A stretch of DNA of 64,000 nucleotides from a virus (Duplodnaviria > Heunggongvirae > Uroviricota > Caudoviricetes), in IMG/VR virus record IMGVR_UViG_3300048574_000421; one strand, written 5' to 3'. The first letter of the stretch is position 1, and the number at the start of each line of letters is the position of its first letter. A model generated the notes under the pieces. The model was not told the DNA's origin. It made no database searches and was given only the letters and a program-made list of their open reading frames with translations. The position numbers and the translations under genes were made by a program. Of this stretch, positions 9,701-19,614 are shown one piece after another.

Positions 9701-11414
9701 CTGGTGAAACTGTAAATAATGTTGAATTAGATGCAACTGAAACAGACAGTTGCACGCGACCTGTATTTTTTATTGTTATTTCTTTTGAAGACTGATGATT
9801 TGTTACAACTTTTCCAAAATCAACAACTGAAGGCGTGTCTTCAACAAACCCTTTACTATTAACAAACTTAATTGTTGGATTATCACCATATCCTGTTACA
9901 GATAAAGAAAGATTGGGTGTATCTGGATCATTGCTTAAAAAATGTACAATACCATTCTTTGAACCAACTGAAGTCGCAACAAAAGTAATTTGAATACTTT
10001 TTGTTACGTTTGGCTCAATTTCAAGCGAAGTTTGTTCTAACTGAAAATTTGTATTAGTACACGTGATGCTTGATATTACTAAATTTCCTAAACCAGAATT
10101 TGTTATTGATGCACTTAAAGATACTGGTACATTTAAAGCAACACTTCCAAAATCAAGCGAATTGGGAGACATTGAAATATCAGGATGTACACCAGAACCT
10201 TGCATAACAACAGAAATACTAGGTTTATCAAGATCATTTGAAGTTACTGTAAAAGTTCCTTCATAAAAACTTAAGCTTGTAGGTCTAAACTTTACATCAA
10301 CAATTTTAGATGATGTCACAATAAGAGGAAATGTCTCTTGTATAGAAAAAACTGAATTTGAGATAACAATATTAGAAACAATTAACGGCGCTGTTGATGT
10401 GTTTTGAATCAGTATTTGTTTTATCGATTCGGTGTTTGTCGTAACATTTGAAAAGTCTAAAACAAGAGGACTTACAACTATCAAGGGACTTACACCAGAA
10501 CCATGCAAATCTATTGTCTTTTGTGGTGTGTCAGAATCATTACTTATAAGTGTTATTTTTGCAAAATTTTCATTTTTTGAAGCTGGTGAAAAAGTAACAT
10601 TAACATCAGTAAAACTTCCTGGTACAATACTTGCATTTGATGGAGCAACTGAAAATGCAACATTATTTGTGCTTATGTTTGAAACATTAAGATTGATAAT
10701 CCCTGTATTATTAATTTTGAAATTTTTTACAAGTGATGCACCTACATTCACATTACCAAAATCAATCATCTCTGTTGATGTAGAAATATTAGGAGCTGCC
10801 AAACCAAAACCCGATAAATCTATTATTACTGTAGATAAAATAACATCGTTACACTGTAATGTCAAACTTCCTGTTTTATTACCTGAAGATTCTGACGTAA
10901 ATGTGACAGGTATTTGTAAAGATTCACTTTTTTTTATTATAAAAGGAGTATTGAACACCCCAGAAAAAACAGGATTAGAAAAAACAACAGAAGATATAAT
11001 TAAGTTAACATCATCAGGACTAATATTTGAAACAAGAATGTTTACAGTTTTCTGTGTATTTACTGCAACATTCCCAAAACTTATCGATGTTTTGTCAACA
11101 TAAATACCTGCAGAAACAACTTCGATTTTCATAGGAATTGTCAAACTGTTTACTGAACTTGTAATTAACAAATCGCCTGAAAAACTTTCACTCTCTCCCA
11201 CAATTGTGTTTGTAAAAAATGTTACATCTAAAAATACGCTTTCATTTTGATACAAATCATAGCTTATTTTTGACAAACCAAATAAAGCATTAGAAGAACT
11301 AAAACTGACAATCACGTGCTCTAATCCAGTATTTGTAATAATTACAGTATCTTGTTTAGAATCTTTTACAGAAATCAAACCTAAATCGACTAAAGTTTTA
11401 TTTGCTACAATCAT
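6723..11414 (-). CDS. Large virion protein with about 7 tandem ASH/choice-of-anchor-D-like Ig domains, duplicated helical domain, FN3-like and Cys-rich segments
   Basis: Seven repeats of (I/L/V)xFxxVxVxxxxxxxxxIxNxG...DP in aa 1-~740. Two similar amphipathic helical blocks ending LYAIYIMPG and LYFLRIPYG. Located in the baseplate module. Confidence 0.8.
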   Translation of the reverse strand: MIVANKTLVDLGLISVKDSKQDTVIITNTGLEHVIVSFSSSNALFGLSKISYDLYQNESVFLDVTFFTNTIVGESESFSGDLLITSSVNSLTIPMKIEVVSAGIYVDKTSISFGNVAVNTQKTVNILVSNISPDDVNLIISSVVFSNPVFSGVFNTPFIIKKSESLQIPVTFTSESSGNKTGSLTLQCNDVILSTVIIDLSGFGLAAPNISTSTEMIDFGNVNVGASLVKNFKINNTGIINLNVSNISTNNVAFSVAPSNASIVPGSFTDVNVTFSPASKNENFAKITLISNDSDTPQKTIDLHGSGVSPLIVVSPLVLDFSNVTTNTESIKQILIQNTSTAPLIVSNIVISNSVFSIQETFPLIVTSSKIVDVKFRPTSLSFYEGTFTVTSNDLDKPSISVVMQGSGVHPDISMSPNSLDFGSVALNVPVSLSASITNSGLGNLVISSITCTNTNFQLEQTSLEIEPNVTKSIQITFVATSVGSKNGIVHFLSNDPDTPNLSLSVTGYGDNPTIKFVNSKGFVEDTPSVVDFGKVVTNHQSSKEITIKNTGRVQLSVSVASNSTLFTVSPESLLLNTGTSSTINITFMSETAGEVISSIGLTTNDPENKNVEIEVKAEAVTSPKITVNPTSLVFSGVPVGGSKTLTLTVGNTGDQILDFTTKIYRSTRDEILNIQVPSVNLALTAFDVTPTSGHVDTNGSTILSVSFKPTDLETLGGTLEINSNDVTETALKVSLQGSVIPAVLEWKKINTAQWIPKEIYTLATTLTEVIDPLVSALELTTKVLDVIKMFIVDLSDVMKILLEQIKKTIDDFIKDLAASGLYAIYIMPGQLGINPLTYPQYFRDMPKENYNIFDLNHPSWFDSVKGGYSSFISKLTQSFDDPGDGNRPQLSDTAMVGGYVMMFDSGTVGPDDVGTFVRSIQKLMKLFRSPFKVAFEPPSNVSCFAGNKTVRVTFTPSSSSLPKEYFIFRSETQGGDPVYYEDFGKKYEYHDENGNKLRSYKLIGVTNVIKEIAKIMGVNEKNADSALKEFGYAVKEISKVALNGDPLRFVYEDKNVENNKTYYYVVASGYSTPNAKISTGSLLSTDFQKKVVSEYDSEIGKLVQHEENPKSVSDTKILGIGSLSGEVSAMPVNASFEVKGGLARCRNFRCGFDQDNVPEKFSIGAEVPDFLVIANTPIAGTVRIKVLRNKKEFTASSSSYRVDYQSKTKKGADTKLKEGTVNKIYIKSRYYFKKDDVLIVTYKFKKDLKVVSKLNEPVVLDKNQTFITSKKPIDSTSVKVFKNGTQVQSVTVLNDKDGRVKVNMPPGTSLTVDYDYFSDFSKEQFFKCVRSEYSRYFFDLTKCDAGSTLCTGYDNANCYYNNGSECTNTEKSQRSIFLRQDGFGQGGFEPENIEFKKFWDPISCQNGMMQQRCDGYSKTFPRYTQKVWPDWSSIRLSALGMFPKIEEIMKIMQQMIDSLLAGTEKMSTATTNFIDLLQKKIESLKNLLLTIKSFLLVLTEDFALPDLYFLRIPYGKGGNEYLKTSIANATNGPESDPSAYTAGAMFVYATPGLGNALKLFFG

Positions 11415-11623
11415 TTTTGACCTGCTTGTAATTGTTTCATTTTCAGTCTTAATTCTTCTAACTGAGGACCTTCTTTAAGGACACCCATTGAACACAAACT
11501 CTCAATTTTAGAATTTATATCGTTTAATTCAGCTTTTACAACACCATTCATTAAAGTCTCTAAATTAGCAGCAAGTTGATTTTTAGATGATGCTTTCTTT
11601 TCCCATTCTAAATTTTCAGTCAT
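11411..11623 (-). CDS. Small hypothetical helical protein (70 aa)
   Basis: ORF track; ATGA overlap with the next gene; RBS present. Confidence 0.7.
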   Translation of the reverse strand: MTENLEWEKKASSKNQLAANLETLMNGVVKAELNDINSKIESLCSMGVLKEGPQLEELRLKMKQLQAGQK

Positions 11624-11632
11624 AAATCCTCG

Positions 11633-14600
11633 CTACAAAATAGCATTTATATTTGAAATAAGTTCGTTATTTGTATTTATCATATTCTGATTATTATCTT
11701 GTTGATTAAGCTTGTCGCCAACTTTAATATAAGAACCTGTTTTCTTATTAAGTCTAATTTTAACTTGATCTTTTCTTAGCGTATATAAACCAGGTGTCAA
11801 TGCTGAATTTATTTGAGACACTCTTGTTGTTATCTGATCTTTTCTGTCATCTATAGAGGGGAGTTCAGTCGTTCCTTGAAGACGTGTTGTAATCACTTGG
11901 TCTCTAATTTCAATTTTTGAATCATCTATTGTTTGATAAAAAATTACAACTTCACCTTTAGAAGCGTCCCAACCACGTGTTACTGCAACAGGAGGTACAG
12001 GACTTTTAATTTCTTCACTAGAAACATTTCTTAATGAAGTACTATTTGCAGTATCTAAATCTTCAAAAGGAAAAGATTCATTATTGTTTCCAATTTCAAA
12101 ACCTAATTTATCTGCTAAACTACCACTTACTTGAATCCTTGATGTTTTATCTGAAATAGTACTTGTAAGTTTTAAACAATTTGTAATAAGATCAAAAGTT
12201 TCAATACTTGCAACAAAACCTGAAAAAATATCAGTGTCATTTAAAAGGTCTACCAAATCGCTTGCAGATAAATTGCAAGAATTTGAAATATTTCCACTCC
12301 CGACAGCCGCACCTGTTAATTTAAGATCTATTGATGTTTGAGTTTCATTAATTACAATTCCTGACATAGTTCCACCAAAACCAGAAGTTAAAACATAACG
12401 ACCCAAAGCATCAACTTCACATTTAAAAAAAGAAAGAGCTGACTGAAAAGCTACATTCAGATGTGTTGTTGCTCTAACTTCTTGTTGTATTTTTGCGGCA
12501 ATGTCTGTGGGTGTCAATTGTTCATCAATATTAATACTGAAAGAAAATGGTGTCGATAATCCATAGTAATTCATTGTTAAGTTCAATACACCAGATTGAA
12601 TTCTTGTTACTGGATTAAAACCTGAAGTTATTGTTGCAGGTTGAGCTGTTAAAGTCAGAACCTGTGTTGTTCCGCCATTTGCAGTTATTTCTAACGTATC
12701 ATTATGCTCAACTCTAAAAGGATCAATCACCCTTCCTAATAAAAACGCAGGACTATACCCAACTACGTAAGAAGGATCTGTTATTATTTCTTCAATAAGA
12801 CCTGTAATTGTATTTGTTGGTGCAACAGTCATATCGACGTTAAGATCTAATCTATCACCACCACCATGATCTGACCAATAAATTCTAGAAACAAAATTTG
12901 TGTCTGTAACAGAAAGTCTTGCTGAATATAACACGTGACCAGGTTCAGAAATCTGAGCATCAAATCCAAGTTCAGAACTACAAGAACCCCATTTTACAAA
13001 TCCATCACTTGTATAAGAAAGACTACCCGTATGATTTGTTTTATAAAAACCTAATGTTGTTGCTACATAAGGCAACGTACCAAACAATAAAGAGAAAAAG
13101 CTTCCAGAAGAAGAAATTTCTATCTTTCCACTCGAATAAAAAACTGTGTAAGTGTTTGCTCCAACTGCTTCTAAACAATTTTTAATTTCTACAACAAGAG
13201 TAGACAAATTATAAAAACCTGCTGTAATTGTTGCATATAAAGGTACACCTGGATTTTCTTCAAATGCAATCACACTAATACTTGGTGTAATTTTAATTGT
13301 TTTGTCACTAACAAAAACTTCAGATGTTGCACCAAATGTTCCTGAAATTATACGTAATGCGTTTGTAAATGTTTGAAAAACTGTTGTCTCATTAAAAGTA
13401 CATTCAGCTAATGAATAACCACCTGTACCTATAGATCTTAATAGAGGTTGAATATTACTTGCCATTGTTGCACCAGATATTGGTGTTGGACTACTTGGAA
13501 TTAATACATAGTCTTTTGTTGTATCACCATCAATATCAACTTTCAATTTATTGTCTTGATCTACACCCGATATGTTTTCGAGGTTAAATCCAATAATTGT
13601 TCTACAAGAACCACCTATAATTTCCACAGAACTTACAGAACCTAATTGAGAAATAGTTGTTATTCTAACTCTATTAACATCATTCGATGCTGATATTCCA
13701 GAAATCTCAGCATTTAGGACAGCAACAACTTCATCAACAGAAACATTATCAATATCTAAAACATCAGATCCCCCATAAACAGGAACATCACCATCTAAAG
13801 CAACAGTTCTAAGAAAATCACGTGCTCCTTCATAAACATTTACAATTGATGCATTACCAAGTTTTGTCGATGTGATTCTTATTTTATTTGCTGGATATGT
13901 AATTGTAAAATCTGATATATTAAAATTAGAATCACTTGCAATTTGCGCTGTCATTTCAGAAATAATACTTGCAATTGTATAAAGACCTTGAGGTATTACT
14001 ATAGGATTTGCACAACTGACACCATCAATACTGATATTGAAAGTATTATTTACGCCTGTAGTCACTGGAAAAATAGTATCATAATCAGAACTGTAACCTA
14101 ATGTACCAGTCAAATCAACTGAATCAAAGCCAAGTATAAATCTCAATGACGTGGTAGCATTCGTTCCTGTCGCCCATAAAAGCGAAAAAATTCCAGTTCC
14201 ACCACTACCATCTGAATAAAACCAGAACCTGTCACTATTATAAAAAATCGTATAAGTAGAATCACCTGCTGCATTTAGAGCTGATTGAATTTGTGAAGCT
14301 AAATTTGTTCCATCATAAGCTCCAGCAGGAAGTGTAACTGTAAGTTCAGAACTTGGGTTTTCATGAAAATCTATCTTATCATTCACTCCTGTTCTTATTA
14401 CAAATTGATTTGTTATAGCAACTCTACTTTCAGTATAACCTGGTGTTGCATTAAAAGTAGCTGTCTGGAATCCTGTACCATCTATTCTCATTGACAATGT
14501 ATCACCAGCACTAAAATTATAAGGTCCTGAGTTTGAAGAAATAATTGTAGCTACAGTATCTTCAGAATGAAGAATGTTATAACCATCTGTGTCTGGTGTT

Positions 14601-17563
14601 GAATATGTATAACCTTGTGTATTGGGATTTGCTGAAATAGTAAAAGCAGGTAATGGTGATGGAACATAAGAAGCAAAATTTGTCATCAGTTTTTGAGGAG
14701 TAAATTTACCAGGTATGTGTTTCACATCTGAAGTGTATCTAACTAAAGGTGCAGGTTTTTGATAAATTTTAGTATCATAAAGACCTACAAGTACACTTAA
14801 ACTAAGAACTTCAACACCTCCATCAGTAAAGTCAGTCCCTGCATTGTATGTTTTTGAACTTGGTGTTACATTAAGCAAATCAGCGTGATGTGATAGATTA
14901 ACAATTAGATTTGTTCTATTAGGTATTACGCTATTATATGCAGCTGTTTTTTGTACTATGTTAGCGTCTGATTCGCTTATATGATTTGCATAGGCGCCTC
15001 TGTGATAACGAATAGCATTGTATTCTTGATCTACTTTATCCAATTCTAGAGCTGCCATTTGTTGCCACGATTCAATTATCACTTCATTATCATAAGTTGT
15101 CATGTTTTGAAGTTTTGAAAGATAAAAAGCCTGTTCTTGCTGCAAAAAAACTTCTTCTCTAAGTAAAGCTGATTGTTCGTCAACAGTGTGATCTGGTACT
15201 CTTGGTATTCCATCAAACTGATTAACAAAAACAGGATTAAAATAATCTTTCATCTGAAATGTTACTTGAAAATCTGAAGTGTAAGTTGATGAACCTGTTT
15301 TATCTACTCTTACATCAAAACCTAAATAATTACCAATACTTGAAAGCGCATACATACCTGAATTCCACAATAAAGAAAATATGTATCCAGCAGGTAAGTC
15401 ATCACCTGTAGTTGGACTAACAGAAATAACAAATCTTTTTTGTTGTGTGTAAGTGCAAGTATACTCTACTGCTGAATTACTGCTAAAAGAATTTAATGTA
15501 TCTTGTATAATCTCAGCAACTGCAGCTTCACTGTCATAAGTTCCATGAGGTATAAGAGCATATTTTTCTACATTCAAAACTTCAAAGAAACATATTTTAT
15601 CGTTTGTATCATCTACAACAAGTTTTCCATTAGGATAAAGTCTTGGTAAACCTCTTGAACCATCATCATAAATTTTTGTTGTTGTCGCATCAAAATCTTG
15701 AAAATCAGGACTAATATTCACACCATCAGGTTTTGTATAAAGAACAGAATGACTTAAAAAATTGTTGTTTTTAAGCTGATATGCTATTATAGGATAAACT
15801 TTAGATGTATCTTCATTAACTCTATTAATTTCATTAAAAATTTTTTCTAAAGTTTCAAAATATTTTTCTTTACCACGTTCATTTGTTTCTCTCTCTTGTT
15901 CTGATGCAAATACATAACCAATAAAACTTCTAGCATCTCTCAAAGGATCGCTTGCAGGCAAAACATGAACAGATGATGCTTCACCCATAGTACCACTAAA
16001 AATCATAAATGTTTTACTATCAGTATAGTACTTCACTGATGCATCTTTAAAACCACCAGAACCAACAATTCTTAATTGTGCTTCTATAGATTTTGCTATA
16101 TCTTTTCCATTATTATCTGCAGCACAAAATAAAGGCCCAAGTCTATCTCTACCAATATAACCTAAAGGTGAATTCATTGAACCTGACCAGTCAAATCCCA
16201 TATCGTCATTGTTAAAACCACGATCATTATCTTCGTCTTCAAAACATCTTCTAAAATCAGCTATTTTTATTTCAGCAGCTTCACCATCAATTTCTACATT
16301 CAATAAATTGTTTTGATATTTCCCAGTAATCATATATTGTTCACTAGTAAAACCAATCATTTCTCTAATATCATTATCTGATGCATCAACAACTTCAACT
16401 GTAGATGTCGGGCCACCATGATATGAAACTAACGTGAAAGTTTGAATATTTGCATTATAGACACATGCTGCATTTGCAAGCACTGGGAATGTTTGAAACA
16501 ACAACTGTATTGTTGATGCTAAAGCTGCAGCTTCTACTTGAACTTCATTATGATATGAAACAATCATTTCAGCATCAGAAAGTACTTGAGTCAAAAAATG
16601 AACATCGCCTGTAGTGTAATTGATAGTATAATCTGTGTTTCTAATAAGATTTTTTGTATAAGCTCTTAAAATCAAATACAAAATTTCTGATCTATCTGAT
16701 GCAGGAGGTTGATGTAAATAAGCTTGTGTTTCAAAACCTGATGTTGTTTGAATTAAAATCTCGTCAACTTGCAAATAAGTATCAGCATCTTGATAAGACG
16801 CTGTTATGTCATAACCTGCTGGTACATCTTTTAAAAATTTTACTAAACCTGTTGTCCAATCAATTGTATAATCAGTGTCTCTAACAAGTGTAACTACTTG
16901 TTCGTTTGTTAGTAATCTTATTGATTCAGTTCCCGAAGTCACAGGAGAAAACTCAAAAGTAACATCAGTCTCAGTACCTTCAGTAACAGCAATTAGTGTC
17001 TCATCAGTTTGTATTATACTTACTAAATTAGAAAGATCTATTTCGAATGTTTCTCCGTCAAAAGATGCTGCAAGATTTTTATGTGTATCATTTATGGTAA
17101 AAACTGTATTTGTATTTTTAATTGAAGTAGTAGAACCAAAACGATCTCTCGACCAAATATCAAAATTTGTTCCTGCAACAACTTGAGAACGACTATATCC
17201 TCTTACAGGATACAAAGGCACGTTCATTACTTCAACATTGTCTTCTGTAACTCTAAAACGTCCATCGTTTATATAAAGTCTTGTTGAGTCAGACATACTA
17301 AAGACTGTAAAACCTGCTTCTTGCAAGGGCTGTAAAATAGAAGTTCCATCAAGATATCTCAATTCTTCTTCATAACAAAAAATGTCGACATGTGTTGGAT
17401 CTAATTGTTTTTTAAAAGGTGTATCTATTAAAAGGAGTTTTGCTATTTCTGTAGAAATAGTTATAGACGACTCTTCAACTTGCTTAATAAGATCTTGCGA
17501 GTTTTCTTTTGTATCAACAAGATTATTTCTGTCATCTTGAGTTAATGGTAAATTAAACGACAT
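11633..17563 (-). CDS. Giant virion structural protein (1976 aa) built from repeated beta-rich domains, baseplate/tail associated
   Basis: Repeats such as NDKIDFxE...TLPAGxYxxxxLAxxIQxALN and LxxxIDG...; DYTIxxTTGxVxF modules. Located between spike and wedge genes. Confidence 0.75.
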   Translation of the reverse strand: MSFNLPLTQDDRNNLVDTKENSQDLIKQVEESSITISTEIAKLLLIDTPFKKQLDPTHVDIFCYEEELRYLDGTSILQPLQEAGFTVFSMSDSTRLYINDGRFRVTEDNVEVMNVPLYPVRGYSRSQVVAGTNFDIWSRDRFGSTTSIKNTNTVFTINDTHKNLAASFDGETFEIDLSNLVSIIQTDETLIAVTEGTETDVTFEFSPVTSGTESIRLLTNEQVVTLVRDTDYTIDWTTGLVKFLKDVPAGYDITASYQDADTYLQVDEILIQTTSGFETQAYLHQPPASDRSEILYLILRAYTKNLIRNTDYTINYTTGDVHFLTQVLSDAEMIVSYHNEVQVEAAALASTIQLLFQTFPVLANAACVYNANIQTFTLVSYHGGPTSTVEVVDASDNDIREMIGFTSEQYMITGKYQNNLLNVEIDGEAAEIKIADFRRCFEDEDNDRGFNNDDMGFDWSGSMNSPLGYIGRDRLGPLFCAADNNGKDIAKSIEAQLRIVGSGGFKDASVKYYTDSKTFMIFSGTMGEASSVHVLPASDPLRDARSFIGYVFASEQERETNERGKEKYFETLEKIFNEINRVNEDTSKVYPIIAYQLKNNNFLSHSVLYTKPDGVNISPDFQDFDATTTKIYDDGSRGLPRLYPNGKLVVDDTNDKICFFEVLNVEKYALIPHGTYDSEAAVAEIIQDTLNSFSSNSAVEYTCTYTQQKRFVISVSPTTGDDLPAGYIFSLLWNSGMYALSSIGNYLGFDVRVDKTGSSTYTSDFQVTFQMKDYFNPVFVNQFDGIPRVPDHTVDEQSALLREEVFLQQEQAFYLSKLQNMTTYDNEVIIESWQQMAALELDKVDQEYNAIRYHRGAYANHISESDANIVQKTAAYNSVIPNRTNLIVNLSHHADLLNVTPSSKTYNAGTDFTDGGVEVLSLSVLVGLYDTKIYQKPAPLVRYTSDVKHIPGKFTPQKLMTNFASYVPSPLPAFTISANPNTQGYTYSTPDTDGYNILHSEDTVATIISSNSGPYNFSAGDTLSMRIDGTGFQTATFNATPGYTESRVAITNQFVIRTGVNDKIDFHENPSSELTVTLPAGAYDGTNLASQIQSALNAAGDSTYTIFYNSDRFWFYSDGSGGTGIFSLLWATGTNATTSLRFILGFDSVDLTGTLGYSSDYDTIFPVTTGVNNTFNISIDGVSCANPIVIPQGLYTIASIISEMTAQIASDSNFNISDFTITYPANKIRITSTKLGNASIVNVYEGARDFLRTVALDGDVPVYGGSDVLDIDNVSVDEVVAVLNAEISGISASNDVNRVRITTISQLGSVSSVEIIGGSCRTIIGFNLENISGVDQDNKLKVDIDGDTTKDYVLIPSSPTPISGATMASNIQPLLRSIGTGGYSLAECTFNETTVFQTFTNALRIISGTFGATSEVFVSDKTIKITPSISVIAFEENPGVPLYATITAGFYNLSTLVVEIKNCLEAVGANTYTVFYSSGKIEISSSGSFFSLLFGTLPYVATTLGFYKTNHTGSLSYTSDGFVKWGSCSSELGFDAQISEPGHVLYSARLSVTDTNFVSRIYWSDHGGGDRLDLNVDMTVAPTNTITGLIEEIITDPSYVVGYSPAFLLGRVIDPFRVEHNDTLEITANGGTTQVLTLTAQPATITSGFNPVTRIQSGVLNLTMNYYGLSTPFSFSINIDEQLTPTDIAAKIQQEVRATTHLNVAFQSALSFFKCEVDALGRYVLTSGFGGTMSGIVINETQTSIDLKLTGAAVGSGNISNSCNLSASDLVDLLNDTDIFSGFVASIETFDLITNCLKLTSTISDKTSRIQVSGSLADKLGFEIGNNNESFPFEDLDTANSTSLRNVSSEEIKSPVPPVAVTRGWDASKGEVVIFYQTIDDSKIEIRDQVITTRLQGTTELPSIDDRKDQITTRVSQINSALTPGLYTLRKDQVKIRLNKKTGSYIKVGDKLNQQDNNQNMINTNNELISNINAIL

Positions 17564-17572
17564 TTAAACTCC

Positions 17573-18166
17573 TTACGATAATTTTCCAATGTCAACACCT
17601 GTCATTGGATTGGGAGGATAACCACCTCCAACAATAGTTGTTATCACAATACCTGAAGATAAAATAGTATTACAAATACCATTGCCAATAGCATTTGCTA
17701 ATTGTAATGTTTTAGAACCAGTAAAACCTACAGCAGTCATCATTCCCATTATACTTGCTGACATTGCTGGTCCTGCAATTCCAATTATCTTTCCTGTACC
17801 AGTTCCTACAGCCATACCTGCGCAAGTAGAATTTACAATTCCCATAGAAATAAAAGATGCAAATGCATTCCCTACAGCATTTGAAAGTTGCAAAGCTTTA
17901 GAACCTGTAAATCCCATTGCTGACATCATTGACATTATATTTGCACCCGTTGCTGGACCTACAATACCTTGAACAAAACCTGTACCTACTCCTGATCCTG
18001 CAATCATTCCTACACCTGTTCCTTGATAATAAGCTGATGCAAGTAAGTAATTTGCAACTCCATTACCAATAGCATTTGCTAGTTGTGGTAATTTAGAACC
18101 CGTAAATCCTTGTGCCGCAAATTGCGTCATCAACAACCCAGCGAAAGCAGGACCCGCTAATGGCAT
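17573..18166 (-). CDS. Gly/Ala-rich protein with three GFTGSKxxQLxNAxGN repeats, likely spike-associated
   Basis: Three internal repeats; almost no charged residues; first non-mobile gene after the spike. Confidence 0.8.
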   Translation of the reverse strand: MPLAGPAFAGLLMTQFAAQGFTGSKLPQLANAIGNGVANYLLASAYYQGTGVGMIAGSGVGTGFVQGIVGPATGANIMSMMSAMGFTGSKALQLSNAVGNAFASFISMGIVNSTCAGMAVGTGTGKIIGIAGPAMSASIMGMMTAVGFTGSKTLQLANAIGNGICNTILSSGIVITTIVGGGYPPNPMTGVDIGKLS

Positions 18167-19614
18167 TATATTGTCGCCTTTACTGTAGTTTTTAGATCTA
18201 ACTTTTTTAGAATTTCTGGCAAAACATATTTTGATATGCCATATTTTTCAGCAATTTCTTTTTGATTCAAACACAAAACAAGAAAATCAAATTTTATCTG
18301 TTGTCCAAACTTCTTTATTAAAAACTCTATTTTATACTCATTGAATTCTTTAGTGCCTATTTTAGGAATTTTATATTTAGTAAATAGTAAATAAACAAGA
18401 TGTTTACTCACATTAAGTTCATAAGCAATTTTTGTAATACTTTTTGACTCTCCTATAAATTTGTCCATAAAATCTTCTCTAGATAGTTTATTTTTTAGAG
18501 ATGTCAAGTAGAAGTCTTTATTTTTCAAATCATATCTGTATTGTTCAATATCTATATTCATTTGTTTATCTATATCAAAAACTGACATTTCTTTAAGAAT
18601 GTCATCTGTATAAATTTTAAGTTTCAACTGTTTATGTGTAGATTTTATAATTTCAAGTTTTCTTTTTGCTTCTTCAGGGAAATAACCTTTTATTTCAATA
18701 TATTCATCAGTTTCTGGTAAATAAAAATCTGGATGATAATATGTAATTCTCCCGTTTTCAGCAATGTACTCAAAGATTTTCACGCCTTCATGGCACAAAA
18801 ACATAGTTCCTTTGCTTTCTAACCATAAGCCAAATTTAAACTCATATGAACCCTGAAAATGCATGCCTTTATAAAAATACCAATGTGTATTTGAACAATT
18901 TATTATTTTATTTTTTCCGAAATTAGGATGACGTTCACCTCGAGCTATTTTTTCTTGCCAAACTTTTTTTCTAACTTGCTTTGCATCTTTAAATTCTACA
19001 TTATAGTATCTTAAAATTTGTCTTATATGTTTTCTTGATATATGATAAGTTTTATAATATTTCTTGTCAAGACTCCTAAAAGAAGCAGTTTCATCGTTTT
19101 TATATTCTTCAACAATTTGTTTTGCAATATCTGACTCAAACATATCTATTTTTGCTTTTTTGTTTTTATTCATTAAACCTATAGATATTGAGTCTTTTTT
19201 GACTTGAACATTTTTCTCTTTAAAAATAAAATCTATAAATTCACGACGTAGATTGTATTTTTTTGTTAAATCATTTTTTGTCACATTATTATTTTCATAA
19301 AAATATGCAATACTGTTTTTTAATTCTTGATCTAATAATAAATATTGTTTTTTTAAAGTATTATTACTGTGAGAATTTTTATGTGATTTTACTTGTTTAC
19401 TTGCAAAAGTTCCACTACATTTATGCGAACAAAATCTTTGCGTTTCTAACAATAACTTATTTCCACAAACTTCACAAAACTTACTTAAATTATCTTGCTT
19501 ATACTTTAACCAACTAATCTTATGGACAAACTTAAAATGTGTTGAAATTGCAAATTTGTGAAAAACTTTACAATCATTGCATAAAGGACATTTAATATAA
19601 GATGTATCTATCAT
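18166..19614 (-). mobile_element. Free-standing homing endonuclease, PD-(D/E)XK (TnsA-N-like), with Zn-finger and HTH repeats
   Basis: HFQGSYE...YHPDFYLPETDEYIEIKGY catalytic pattern; CPLC...H...H and CEVC...CSHKC fingers; Lys-rich; overlaps both neighbours (ATGA, TAATG). Confidence 0.75.
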
